A DNA stretch of 64,000 nt, taken from the human T2T-CHM13v2.0 reference genome, Homo sapiens. The notes under the pieces were generated by a model. That model did no database searches and was not told the origin of the DNA. It saw only the letters and a program-made list of their open reading frames with translations. Shown piece after piece: positions 1 to 14,300 of the stretch. Where the stretch lies: the NCBI RefSeq assembly GCF_009914755.1, contig NC_060943.1; one strand, written 5' to 3'. Numbering within the stretch: the stretch's first letter is position 1; each line of letters begins with the position of its first letter. Both the position numbers and the translations under genes were made by a program.

Positions 1-74
1 AGATGAGGTAAGGAAGGGGTGAAGACAGGCAGAGAGGAGGACACACATTTGTCATTGGTGCTTTCATGACAACA

Positions 75-1515
75 TATGTTATCTTCAATCTTTTTGATAA
101 TAGTCACCCTAACAGGTATGAGGTGATGTCTCATTGTGGTTTTGATTTGCATTTCCCTGATGACTGGTGATGTTGATCATTTTTTCTCTGCCTGTTGACC
201 ATTTCTGTGTCTTTGGGGAACTCGCCATTCAAGTCCATCATGCCTTTTCAAATCAGATTATTTGTTTTCTTGCTGTTGAACTCAACTTGTTTGAGTTCCT
301 TATATATTCTGAATATTAACCTTTTACCACATGTGTGGTTTGCAAATATCTCCTCCCTTTCCATAAGTAGTCTGTTCACTCTTTTGTGATTGTTTCTTTT
401 GCCATGCAGAAACAAACTAAAACAACTTTTTAGTTTGATGAAATTCCATTTATCTATTATTGCCTTTGTTGCCTGTGGTTTGGTGGTGTTAACTTAAACA
501 TCACACAATTACCAATTTGGAAGAAAGAGCTTTATTTCTTATAAAGGATTACAGCCTGCAAGGTGGCCATCCAGACAGGCTGGGAAGCAGAGCCTGCAGA
601 AGAGGCTCAGAGACAAGCACTTTAAGGGAGGGAGGAGAAAGACAGGAATTTAAGCTGAATGGGCTGGCCAAGTATACATATTCAACAGGTTACAGAAGGA
701 GCTTTGAATATTCATGAAAGGGTTTTGACCCAAGCATATTGAACAAACACGCATGTTACATGTAATCCATGTTCACCTTAGGGTAGAGACTTACCATGTA
801 AACGTATTACAATTAGGCCCTATATGTCAAAAGGTCTTTGGAGGACACAGCAGCCCTCAAGCGCGCAGCCTCTGTAAAACCTGCCATAACCAGTCCATGC
901 TCCATGTTCTTATCAAGAGAAAGTTACTGAAATCAGTCTTTTGTCCAGTCACAAGGGTGTGGGGTCAGTGTCTGCTGGTGAGCTGTATATTGTTTTAATA
1001 TTACTTATATTGAGACCAGTGCTTGCTTAGCTACCAGAGAAAAATAAACATATTGTGGCAGTTAGAACATAGTTTATTCTCTAAGTGTGGGGGTGTGTAA
1101 TTTAACCCCTGCCTGGCATGGCCTTAGGTTTTGTATATGATTTGGTATCTCATTGCCACAGAGTCTGTTCTGCCAGTCTTATGATCTCCATTTCCATATT
1201 AAGGTTAATCAGTTGCTGCATCTCAACTGCAAAAGGAAGGGGCTATAATGAGGTGTGTCTGACCTCTCGTCCCATTGTAGCAGCAACTCAGTTTTTAAGA
1301 TTTTTCTGGGGTCCCCTTGGCCAAGAGGGGGTCTGTTCAGTTGATTACAGGGCTTAGGATTTTATTTTTAGTTTACAGTATCTAAAAAAATCTGAGCCCA
1401 GATAATGTCAAGAAGCTTTTTCTCCTGTTTTCTTCAAGGAGTTTTACAGTTTCAGGCCTTACATTTCCATCTTTAATCCATATTGAGTTGATTTTGTTTA
1501 CGTCTGAGATAACTG
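75..1515 (-). mobile_element. Old L1 3'-region fragment, split by an LTR at 487-1377
   Basis: Typical antisense L1 text (tctcattgtggttttgatttgcatttccctgatg; ttttagtttgatg; agttttacagtttcaggccttacattt) on both sides of the LTR. Confidence 0.7.
487..1377 (-). mobile_element. ERV1 solo LTR, MER4-family-like
   Basis: TG...CA termini; the reverse complement starts tgtaaactaaaaataaaatcctaagcc, as recalled for MER4B/D/E. Subfamily unverified. Confidence 0.6.
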
Positions 1516-2249
1516 GCAATGGCAGCTTTGATGAACATGTGTGAAAGGGTGGGGGACTTGATTGGAAGCTCGTTTGGAAAATAACCGAAGAAAGGAAGGT
1601 AGGAAGAGTGACGACAAACAACCTCTTGAGGAGTTTTGCTGCAAATGTTACCCACCCTTGGAGGGGTGAGTTGGCCCTAGTGGGTCCTTTCTCTGCCCCC
1701 TGCCACTTACGCCAATAGAATGAGACCAGAATCGGCAAAGCGGAGAAGAAACTTTATTCATTGATCAAGAAATGGAGAAAGGGAGTTCATGTGCAAAGCA
1801 CCTTCTCCCAGGGGTTGGTAAAAGGGGATCTTAAGGGCCCTTAGGGCAGGTAGTTGGAGACTGAGGCGGGCAGATCTGGAAAAAGGTGGGTTCCTTCAGG
1901 AGGGGCTGAAGTGTGCACACTCTTGTGTTTTCTTTTGTACTTGGCACCTTCTGTGCCTAGCAAGGCATAGTTCTCGCCCCTGAGTGGAGATTTTAGTATG
2001 GTAATGAAGCAAGAAATCAGGTCAAGGCCTGCACTGAGGCAGGAATCCAGGTCCAGGCAGCACGTCTGGGCTGAACTCATCCCCTGGCTGGTTCCTGTTG
2101 CTGGCTCCCAGCCTTTGTTTCTGGCAGCAAGCAGAGCTGCAAGCACAGGTTAGTTTCACAGGTTTTGGGGCTTCCTGAGAGAACTGAGGTCATGTTGCAG
2201 AAACACAAAAAGGAACAGAGAAATGGATCTGGAGAAGAAGAATTTTTCT

Positions 2250-4030
2250 CAGTTCTTACCCACAATCTCCCAGAGGTGCTCAAATTCATAGACAAAGAAA
2301 GTAGAAAGTTGGTTGCCATGGGCTGGGGGCAGGATGGGATAGGAAGTTATCATTTAGTTGGTATAGAGTTTCAATTTGGCAAGATGAAGAAATTTCTGGA
2401 GATCAATGATTAATAATTGCATAAGAGTGTGAATGTACTTAGTGCCACTTACCTGTGCACTGAAAAATGGTTAAAATTGTAATTTTTTAATGTATATTTT
2501 AACACAAATTTTAAAAAGCACTAAATATTTGATCAGCCTCCTCACCAAATAAGAAAAACTGATGGCAAATAATCACATGAAAGCATTCTCAACACCATTT
2601 GCTGCTACGAAATCACAGATTAGAACCAGAATGAGGTAGCAGTACATACCTATTAGAATGGCTACAAAACAAAACCCAAAGAAATTTTTTTTTAAATCCG
2701 GATAATACCAAATGTTAATGAAAACGTAGAGCAACCAGAACTCATATATTCTGCTGGTGGGAATGTAAAATGGTACACCCACTTTGGAGAACAGTTTGGC
2801 AATTTCTTATAAATTCGAACTTACACATATGACCAAGCACCCGACTCCTAGGTATTTACCCAAGAGAAATAAAAAAACTAGTGTCCACACACAGAAATCT
2901 GCATGTGAATATTTATACTAGTTTTACTTTACAGTCACCAAAACCTAAAAACAATATGAATGTTCACCAGCCAGTAAATGTATACAAAATGGGGATCTAT
3001 GAAAACAGTGAGGTATGAGTCAGCAATTTAAAAACAACACCCCATCACATGGACGAGCCCCAAATGCATTAAACCAAGTGAATGAATCCAGATTTTAAAG
3101 GCTACATTTTGAATGATTCCGTTTATATGACATTCTTTAAAAGGCATATCAGTAGGGTAGAGAATAGATTAGTGTTTTTACAGGAATTAAATAGGGAGGG
3201 ACAGTTGCCTACCAAGGAACATCAGGAGGGAATGTTTTAAGTAATGGCACTTGGTAGTGTCTTGACTGTGGTTGTGGGTATATAGCTACATACATCTGTC
3301 AAACCTCAAATAACTGCATATGAGAAATACTCAGTTGATGAAATTGATGGTACCTAAATTCAAAATACACTAGAGATGACACTACGCTCTCACTAGAATT
3401 GTTAAAATATAAAGACTGACAATACCAAGTGTTAATAAAGGTGTACAGCTACCGGAATTCTGGTGCATGGCTGGGAGTAGTGGTAAAAGTCAAAGCCATT
3501 TGGATAACGATTCTGCAATTCCTACAAAAATTAAATATGCAGGTATTATTTGAACTAAAAATTCCACATCTTGTGTATAAATGAGTATAAAAACATGTCT
3601 ATAAAAAGACTTCTACTTGGATACCTATAGAAAAAACCTGGAAAATCTTAAACGTCTATCAATAGGTGAGTAAATAAAAGATAATACTACTTAGCAATAA
3701 CACATTGTGAACTACAGGCATATACAACAGCTTGGCTCAGTTTCAAAAAATGATTGCTGAGTGACAGAATACAGACACAATTTTTTAGTATATTTCTAGG
3801 AAATTCTCAAGTAGACAAACTAACTCACCATGACAGCGGGTATATTGATGATTTCCCAGCATACGCGATGGGAATGGTGAGCTGCAAAGAAACATGGAAA
3901 ACCATTAGAGTGGAAGAAGTGTTGTGTATCTTGACTGTGGCAGTCACAGCGGGGCTGCATACACTTATCAAAACTCACTGAAATGAACATTTCAGGTGTG
4001 TGCATTTTATTTCATGTAAATTATGCCTAA
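2250..4030 (+). mobile_element. Ancient L1M 3' fragments (block paralogous to ~59900-61460 and ~47870-48320)
   Basis: ggtgggaatgtaaaatggtacacccactttggagaacagtttggcaatttctt and ctaggtatttacccaagagaaat motifs. Confidence 0.6.
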
Positions 4031-4529
4031 TAAAGTTCACTAAATACATCCAGTGAAATTCACATCTTCATATTTAACATTCTGACCCATAAATACAATA
4101 TAATTTGCTTTACTATTAAGACCAAATTATTGCATTCCTATTATGTGCTACATTCTTATTTTTAGAAGAACTTACAAGGTATTATGTTACTTATTAAAGA
4201 CTCAATTCCTTATATATTAAGAATGCAAATGGCTGTCTACATTAGCAAGGACAAATGAACATTTACCTAGATAATACTGTTACAAAGATTTTACTAATAT
4301 ATGGTACCAAATATTATTATGCCCTGGATTTTGAGGATTTGCCAGATGAGATGGAAAATCATGTCACTGAACCTAAAATTATTTTTATCTATAAACAGAA
4401 TGGGCCAGGACATTTAGTTGTGTGCTTGTCAGGAAGGTGATAGCTGGGTACAGTCAAATCTGTGCCACAGGATCTAGGAAGGCAGATTTCCAAATCTCAC
4501 ATAAGAGATCAGCACGATCACATTGTCTG

Positions 4530-4532
<3 letters not shown>

Positions 4533-4571
<39 letters not shown>

Positions 4572-4852
4572 AGACAGAATCTAGCTCTGTTGCCCAGGCT
4601 GGAGTGCGTTGGTGTGATCTCGGCTCACTGCAAGCTCTGCCTCCCGGGTTCATGCCATTCTCCTGCCTCAGCTTCCTGAGTAGCTGGGACTACAGGTGCC
4701 CGCCACCACACCCGGCTAATTTTTTTGTATTTTCAGTAGAGACAGGGTTTCACTGTGTTAGCCAGGATGGTCTCGATCTCCTGACCTCGTGATCCACCCG
4801 CCTCAGCCTCCCAAAGTGCTGGAATTACAGGCTTGAGCCACAGCGCCTGGCC
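4533..4852 (-). mobile_element. Alu (AluY-like)
   Basis: Poly-T tail then full Alu body (tgcaagctctgcctcccgggttcatgccattctcc). Confidence 0.9.
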
Positions 4853-6100
4853 TGTCTGAGACTTCTGACAAACAAGAGGGAGCAAGAGGGTTAGGAAACC
4901 TGTGAAAAACTAAATTCCAACAAGACAATTAATGCCCAAACAAGCAACTCACGAAAGACAAATAGTCATAAACATAAAAACTAAGCCTGAAATTTTAATT
5001 TTGTCTGTATATTCCACTCATATTATCGGAAAATATTGTCTTTGGGCCACATGTAACTGTGAGAAGCACATTTTTTCATGAAAGGAAATGCTAATCTCTA
5101 TGATGAGGACCTTAAAAAAATCGCTCCTGCCCACACTACACTGAGAGGCAGCATTAACCGAAAAGGAGTTTCTTCTACACTGGTTCATAGAACATGTGTC
5201 CTTCTTTATGTTTTACATGAAGATGCTGCATGGTTCTTATTTTGGAGGTGTCATTGAAACTGCAAATCTGTATACTATTTATCAGGGAAAAATTCTATAG
5301 TCACATTTCTTTAAAAATACCCAATATGCTACCATGACACATGGCAAACTCATCAGTGTCCGCAGCTCTAAAGCCAGACAGTGTGTGTGTGCTAAGGACA
5401 TGAGGCTATGGATAGGGACCATCTCAAGGGTAGGGGCCAGGTCAGTGCTATCTCTTCTTCTCTCCATCCCCACCTACATACAGATGCTCACTATATATTT
5501 GGTGAATGAATGAATGGCTGTCACCTTCACTGCACCTAGGACCACTCTTCATTTTTTCAGTCCCAGACACTCCCATAGACCCTACAGAATCCTACATCCT
5601 GCAGGATCGACTATCTCATGGCTCAAGATGAGGCTGTGACTGTCTGGGGCCAGAAGTGACCAGTTCCCAGACGTAAACAATGGTTCACAGAAAAACACTT
5701 CAGAGTGAGAGGGTTTTAGACACAGGTGTCCCATGCTTCAGATGTCCCCAGAGGTCCTGGTCCAGGCTCTGGCATTGGACGGAAGACCCGAGGTGGGAGG
5801 CAGGAAGTGGTCTCTGCTCCTTCTCTGCTCCCCTCTGGGCAGGTCTCTGAGGTCACTTGGCTTTGCAGTCTCCCTCCACTCTGTGCAGAGGCGGATGACC
5901 TCTGACCACGTGTGGGTTTGAGGTTCCTCTTCTGTGAACTGCCAAGATCTCATGCTCCTCCCCACAGCCCTCTTCTCTGCTCACACAGGAAGCCCAGGAA
6001 GCCTCTGCCTCAGAGATGCTGCCGCTGCTGCTGCCGCTGCCCCTGCTGTGGGCAGGTGAGTGGCCCTGGGGAGAGGGGCCGTGGGGATGAGCCCATCTGA

Positions 6101-6670
<570 letters not shown>

Positions 6671-7429
6671 TGATCCTGCGTCCCCACCTCTGTCCACAAC
6701 AGCCCTGACCCACAGGCCCGACATCCTCATCCCGGAGTTCCTAAAGTCTGGCCATCCCAGCAACCTGACCTGCTCTGTGCCCTGGGTCTGTGAGCAGGGA
6801 ACACCCCCCATCTTCTCCTGGATGTCAGCTGCCCCCACCTCCCTGGGCCCCAGGACCCTCCACTCCTCAGTGCTCACGATCATCCCACGGCCTCAGGACC
6901 ACGGCACCAACCTCATCTGTCAGGTGACGTTCCCCGGAGCTGGTGTGACCACGGAGAGAACCATCCAGCTCAGTGTCTCCTGTGAGTGATGGGGCCAGGA
7001 TGCCTGGGTGCCTGAGGGTGTGAATGGGGAGAGGACCAGGAGAGAGGAGGTCCAGGACTGGGGCCACTTGGTGGCTGTGTCTTGGAGGCCTTGCTGAGTA
7101 GGGGAACTAGAAGGATCCAAGCTGTCAATTGCCATTTCTGCGGGCTTCTAGAGGAGCGCCTACCTTCATCTCACTCCCACCCCAACTAAATGAGAAATCC
7201 TCTCTTGCTGGCTTAGATCCTCTAATGAACCCAGTGATTGAAGCCTCCCTAGAAGACGGCACAGGTAGGACAGAGTCCCCATCTGGAGGCTGGAGGAGCA
7301 GGGCCTTCAGCTCAGGGAAGAGCTGGGCTCCTGCCTCATCCTGACTCACCATGGTAACCAGAGACTCCTTGTTGGCCAACTCAGGGACCCTCCCTATCCT
7401 CAGCTCCCATGGACACCTGAGCATCTGTC

Positions 7430-8422
7430 TGTAGGGACCAGCCCCACAGGGTCGGTAGGTTTTTCTCTCACGTTTGGAGACGAGGGAGTTGCAGAAATAA
7501 AGACACAAGACAAAGAGATAAAAGACAGCTGGGTCCGGGGGACCACTACCACCAGGACACGGAGACCGGTAGTGGCCCCGAATGCCTGGCTGCGCTGTTA
7601 TTTATTGGATACAAAGCAAAAGGGGCATGGTAAAGAGTGTGAGTCATCTCCAATGACTGATAAGGTCACGTGAGTCACGTGTCCACTGGACAGGGGGCCC
7701 TTCCCTGCCTGGCAGCCGAGGCAGAGAGACAGAGAGAGAGAGACAGCTTACACCATTATTTCTGCTTATCAGAGAATTTTAGTACTTTCACTAATTTTGC
7801 TACTGCTATCTAAAAGGCAGAGTCAGGTGTACAAGATGGAACATGAAGGCGGACTAGGAGCCTGACCATTGAAGCACAGCATCACAGGGAGACGGTTAGG
7901 CCTCCAGATAACTGCAGGTGGGCCTGACATGAGTCAGGCCCTCCACAAGAGGTGGAGGAGTAGTCTTCTCTAAACTCCCCCAGGGAAACGGAGACTCCCT
8001 TTCCTGGTCTGCTAAGTAGCGGGTGTTTTTCCTTGGCACTGACGCTACCACTAGACCACGGTCTGCTTGGCAACGGGTGTCTTCCCAGATGCTGGCGTTA
8101 CCGCTAGACCAAGGAGCCCTCTAGTGGCCCTTTCTGGGCATGACAGAGGGCTCACACGTCTTCTGGTCACTTCTCACTATGTCCCTTCAGCACCTATCTC
8201 TGTATAGCCTGGTTTTTCCTAGGTTATAATTGTAGAACGAGGATTATTATAATATTGGAATAAGGAGTAATTGCTACAAACTAATGATTAATGATATTCA
8301 TGTATAATCATGTCTATGATCTTGATCTAGTATAACTCTTGTGGTTTTATATATTTTATTACACTGGAACAGCTTGTGCCCTCAGTCTCTTGCCTCGGCA
8401 CCTGGGTGGCTTGCCACCCACA
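7430..8422 (-). mobile_element. LTR13-like (ERVK) solo LTR in SIGLEC17P intron 4
   Basis: Reverse complement starts tgtgggtggcaagccacccaggtgccgaggcaagagac; ~1 kb; 6-bp TSD tctgtc/cctgtc; the SIGLEC22P paralogous site (~51143-51150, cacctgtc) is empty. Confidence 0.8.
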
Positions 8423-9033
8423 CCTGTCCGCAGACTCCTCCACAGACTCCTCCAAACACACACCCCTTGGCCCCACAATAAGGACAGAGTGATATTCATA
8501 CAGCAGGACTAGCCTTTGAGCCCCTTATCATCTACCTCCTAAATACTCCTCCAGCCTCAACTTTAAATTTTTCCCAGTAGTTTAATGTACTTCTGGACAG
8601 GTGATACAATCGCATGGGCAAAAATGCTAAATCCATAGCAGAGTCTGTTCTCAGATGCTTGTCCTCCTCCCCAGAATCAAAGAGTGTTCATCCTGGCTGC
8701 TCTGAGCCCTGGTGTATTCTCTGGAAGGATCTCAGAGGTCGTTTGGTATCAGCAGCACAGACTATCCTCACTCTCAGACTGTGTAGTGTTCCATTGAAGA
8801 GTTGGATCCTAATTCTGTATATATCTTCTTGAAATGGAATATCATGTTTCTACCAACAGAAACAAAGGATTGAACAGTCTTCTATCTACTTTGCCAGTGT
8901 ATGTCTATGTCTGTGGAATCAGTTACTTAAAGCAAAATAGCTGGGTCTTACGTTCTTTCTGATTTTGAGAGATATGGCCAAATTGTTCTCAGTCAATGGT
9001 GGATATGTTTACATCCCCAACAGCATGGGGTGA

Positions 9034-9358
<325 letters not shown>

Positions 9359-9419
9359 CGAAAGTGTGTCTTCATCAACCCAATGTGGAATGAAAGCTTT
9401 CGCTTTTTGCCAGTATTAG

Positions 9420-10500
9420 GTGAAAATTGTTATCTCCATATAATTTTTTTATTTATATGCACTTTTTAATTGAGATAAAATTCATATAACATTAAATTCA
9501 CAATTTTAATCATTTTAAATTATATGCTAAACTGGCTTTTAGTCACATATTGTACAACCATAACCATGATCTAATGCCAGGACATTTTCTTTACTTCAAA
9601 AATCCACTCTGTACCCATTAAGCACTCACTTCCCATTATCCCCTCCTCTGGCAAGCACTAATCTGCCTTCTGTCTCTACAGATTTGCCTATTTCGGACAT
9701 TTCATATAAGTGGAATCACACAAAAAACAGCCTCTTGTGTCTGATTTTTTTTTCACATAACGGAATGCTGTCAAGGTTCACCCCAGTACTATGCATGAAT
9801 ACTTCATTCTTTTTGAAACCTAATATCCCATTGTATGGAGAGACCATGTTTTGCTCATTCATTGTTCAGTTGATAGACATTAGAGCTGTTCACACTTTTT
9901 GACTGTTACTAATAATGCTGCCAGGAACATTCATGTACAACTTTTTGTTGGAACCTATGTTTTTATTTCTCTTGAGCATAGCCCTAGGAGTGTAATTTTT
10001 AGGTCATATTGTAACTCTGTGTTTAACTTTTTGAGGAAATGCCAGACTGTTATCCAGTGTCAGCACCACTTTACATTGCACCAGCAATGTACAGAGTTGC
10101 AAATTCTCCATATTCTTTTGAACATTCTCGTTTTCCTTTTTTAAAAGAACTATGGTCTTCTAGTGCATGTGAAGTAGTAATTCATTGTGGCTTCAATAGG
10201 CATTAAGATACTGATAAATGGTATTGAACATATTTTCATAGACCAATTGATATTTGTATCTTTTTGGAGAAGTTTTCACTCAAGTTCTTTGTCTACTTTT
10301 TAATAGGTTAATTTGGGTTGTTTGTAATTTGAGTGGTTTGTAAATTACATGCCCTTTATATATGCTGGATACTACACCCTTATCAGATCTGTGCTTTACA
10401 AATGTATTTTCCCATTCTGTGGGTTGTCTATTCACTTTCTTGATAGTGCCAATCAATGCAAAATAGTTTTTAATTTTGATAAAGTCCAAATTATGTATCA
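9420..10500 (-). mobile_element. Old L1M 3' fragment
   Basis: tttgcctatttcggacatttcatataagtggaatc; gtaactctgtgtttaactttttgaggaaatgccagactgtt. Confidence 0.7.
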
Positions 10501-11959
10501 TTTCTTCTTCCAACTGCTGGACAGTCAGGGAACAGCTTAGAATGAGCCCTGGGCTGATGTGATACCACATCCAAGGATGCAGGAAGGATCTGAAGAACCA
10601 ATGTCCAAGTTGTCTTGGGAGAGGAAGGACATGGTTTGTGGTTTAGCAGGTGAATGGGCCTCATCCCACCTTTTTGCAGGGAAATCAGGAACCGTGGAAG
10701 AGGTGGTTGTTTTGGCCGTGGGGGTAGTGGCTGTGAAGATCCTGCTTCTCTGCCTTTGCCTCATCATCCTCAGGTAAGCACTGCCTGAAGACCAAGGACA
10801 GGCATGGGGAGGGCAGAGGACATGATGCTGAATCCCAGAATCTCAATCCTGGGGGTATGCAGACAGTTTACGTGGTCCTGGGGCCAGGCTGGAGGCTGAA
10901 TTGGTGGTGAGAATTACACATGGGCCATTTGTGGTCAGTTTGTGTCTGTCCCAACTGAGGGCCAAATGCCAGGATGGGGAGCTTCCTGTTGTCATCAAGG
11001 AAGTCTAGACCTGCTCTTCCTCCCTGTGATCCCTCCAGCCTCTAGCAGGGCACAGGAAGTTGAGTTGGCTGCCCTTTGCTCCCTTCATGTGGCCACACTT
11101 ACAGGTCCTTGTCTCTTCACTCAATGTCAGTTTCCACAAGAAGAAGGCGGTGAGGGCAGTGGAGGTTGAGGAGAATGTATATGCTGTCATGGGTTAATCT
11201 CTCAGGTGAGTGATGTGGGCCTCTCACTCTTCAACATCCTGCTGGATAACTCCTCCACAATGGCCTCCAGGATTGCTCTGCCCATCATGGCCAAAGTTAA
11301 GCCAACTGTCTTCCTCCTCAAACCTACTTTTCCTGGGATGTGGGTTCTTCATCCTGCAGATGACAAAGAGGCCTCATCTCTAAAGTCAGAACCTGGGTGT
11401 GGGTCTCCATCTTGACCCCCCTCCCTTCTCTAGATCCCATAAATTACTAGCTCTTGTCCCTCCTTCTCCTAAGCAGGGCTCATCTTGATGCCCTTTTCTC
11501 CATCCTGACCCTGGTCATTCTTGCGGCCTCACCTCTTCCCTGATCACTGAACCCTTTTCACCTCCTGCCTCCATCTCTCCCCAACACAGGCCTCCAGACT
11601 GTACTTCCAGATGTCTCCTCATCCAGTTCCTCCACAGTCTGAATGGCCATGTTTCTTCTTCATTGCTGGAGAATGAAGTGCAAATGCCACTGCCTGGACT
11701 GAAGGCCTTTCACGATCTGTCTTCTGCTGGACTCTGCTCCTGATCCCCCTTCTCCTTGCATCACCCGAAGTCTCCCTACACCCACCAGGCCAAGCCCTCT
11801 GTGATTCTGAGACTTTGCATGTGTAGTTACTTCTCCTGAAATGGCCTTCCTCCCCATTCCTGCCAATCCAGGTCCTTATCATCCTTCAGGTTGTCTTAAA
11901 TGTCATCCAGGTGTGTGTATTTTTATGTAATCCTTGTATGATATTAAGCGGAGATGTGG

Positions 11960-14300
11960 CATTTGTTCATTAATTTGTAGACATATTCAGTAACCATACT
12001 GAATACATATAATGACTATGTGCCAGCATTTCCGTATGTGCAAGAAGTTCATCAATAGATATAGACTCAAAGAGCTCTGTCATCAAGCTGTTGTTCTGAA
12101 GAGCAGAAGGATACAAATAAAAAGAAATAAGTAAAATATTTTTTCCCATGTTGGATAGAGATATTTGTTTAGAGAAAAATAACACAGGGAAATAAGCACA
12201 GACTATACTGGGAAACAGTTTCTATATCTGATAGTGGAAAGAGGTGACATTTAGGCAAAGACGTGAAGGTGCTGAAGAGGCGGGCTCTGAGTCTGAATAA
12301 GAGAAAAGCATCCCAGGAAAAGGATAAGGGGAAGAGCAAGTGCACTGCTCAGAGGCAGCAGCAGGCCTGGGGGTTGTGGGCTCAACCAGAGCCCCATGTC
12401 TTAGAGCAGAGGAAGGGTAAGGAGGGAGCAGCAGGAAGGAAGCTGCAGACTGCGTGGGGTGCTGCAGCGCGCACAGGAGCCTGGAGCCTTTGGGAAGGGC
12501 AGAGACACAACTGGACTCTCACTCTGACCTCAAATGCCTGAGTCAGAGCAGGCCCAAGTGGGTCATGGCAGCCACAGGAAGACGGGGAAGGCACTGCTGG
12601 GTCCTCCAGGAGGAGGGATGAGGGCTGAGCCAGCGAGGCAGGGTGGGGTGAGGACATGTTTTTGGATGTGTGTGGAAGATCAAGCTAATAAGGATCACAG
12701 GCTAACTATGTGTTCAGTGAGGGGAAGGCAATACAAAGGACGAGGCCGGAATGTTCCCCTGGGCACCTGGAAGGAAGGAGCTTTGTCCATAGAGGACTGA
12801 AGAGGGAAGGACTTTCCTAGAGAATGATTAATTCTGAGAATCCACCTGACATCAGAATGGGACTAGGAGGGAGACAGCCGGATGTAACTGTCAGGAGCTC
12901 AAGAGAGGGGTCCAGATTGGAGATGTTACAATGCACATTCAACAACTTGGTTCAGTTTCCAAAAATATTACTGCTGAGATGAAAGAATACAGACACAAAT
13001 GAGTACATTTCTAGGAAATTCTCATGTGGACAAAAGTAACTCACCATGAGAGAGAGCATATCAATGGTTACCCAGCACAGGAGGTGAGAATGGTGAGCTG
13101 CAAAGAGGCTTAGAAAAAGCAGAGTCATGTGGGATATGAGAACTGAGCACAGGTGGGTAGGAAATGTAGGAAATGAAGTTGGAGAGAGATGGAGGCTACA
13201 AATATTGCAGTGTCCTGAGTCCATTATACTTATTTATGCATTTGAGCAAAAGAGTGAGATGAAATGACACTTACTTTAGTGGGGTCACTCAGGCTGCAGT
13301 GTGAGAAAGTATAGATGAGAGGAGACCAGATTAGTGGATACAGAGAATCCAGTGAAGAGATGACGCAGACATAGTCCTGGGTAAGGATGATGAATCTCAT
13401 GTGGAGAAGTTGGGTTCTGGACACATCTTGAAGATGAAGCCAATAGTATTTGCGAATGGAGTGACGGAGTGCACGTAGGGTAAGAGCAAAGATAGCTCGT
13501 GGCCTCTGCTTGATAGGTGCCACAGATATCACAGGTGAGTCCACAGATATCATAGATGTCATGGATATCCATGAAGACATCCATGACCTCAATAATATCA
13601 TGGAGAGTCTGATTACACCTCCATAGATGTCACAGATGCCCACAGGTGCCAAAGATGATGCCCATGTGGTTACCCAGAATGGAGACTTAAATAATTTAAC
13701 TGCCAACAACTAAAATTGCCAACCCTGCAGGAGGAGAATATTCTTAAGTGTAGATCAAATATTGTTTTGGTTACTGTAATTTGGAGGTGGTCCCGAGCCA
13801 CCCACGTAGGGATTGTAGGTAGAAGGCAGGAGTCTGAAGTTCAGGAAAGGGGTCCAGGTGGGAGATACACAGGTTTGGGAGCCTCCACATTAAGGTTTGA
13901 TGATGGACGAATCCACAAAGAAGAGAAGGGGTCCACGGACACAGCCACAGGACCCTCCAGCATTTAGTGTCAGGGAGAAGAGGTGGAAACAGCAAGAAGA
14001 CTGTATAGAGCAGCTGCTGAGGAGAAATGAGTGACCAGGAGAGTGCAAGTTCAGGTGATGGTGGCCAACGGGGGCTGGAGTTTCAAGGAGAGATTGGTCA
14101 TTTGTTTCAAATGCTGGTAAGTCTGGTAAGATAGGGTTTGAGAAACGACTATTTGAATTTAGCTAAGTTGTATCACAACTGGTATTGACAAAAGCAGATC
14201 TGGTTGCCTGGTAGAGGAAGATCTCTTGACTAGAAAGAGTTCAAGAGAGAATGGAAGGAGAGAAGGCAGAAACCGTCAGTGCCAAGTACTATTTGGAGAA
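11960..14300 (+). mobile_element. Degraded L2-like fragments
   Basis: Purine-rich L2-type text (gaggtgacatttaggcaaagacgtgaagg; caggagtctgaagttcaggaaaggggtccagg); boundaries approximate. Confidence 0.4.

Noticed and set aside
13230-13709. 159-aa minus-strand ORF
   Set aside because: Overlies the degenerate repeat and L2-like DNA, with a non-ATG start and no domain similarity
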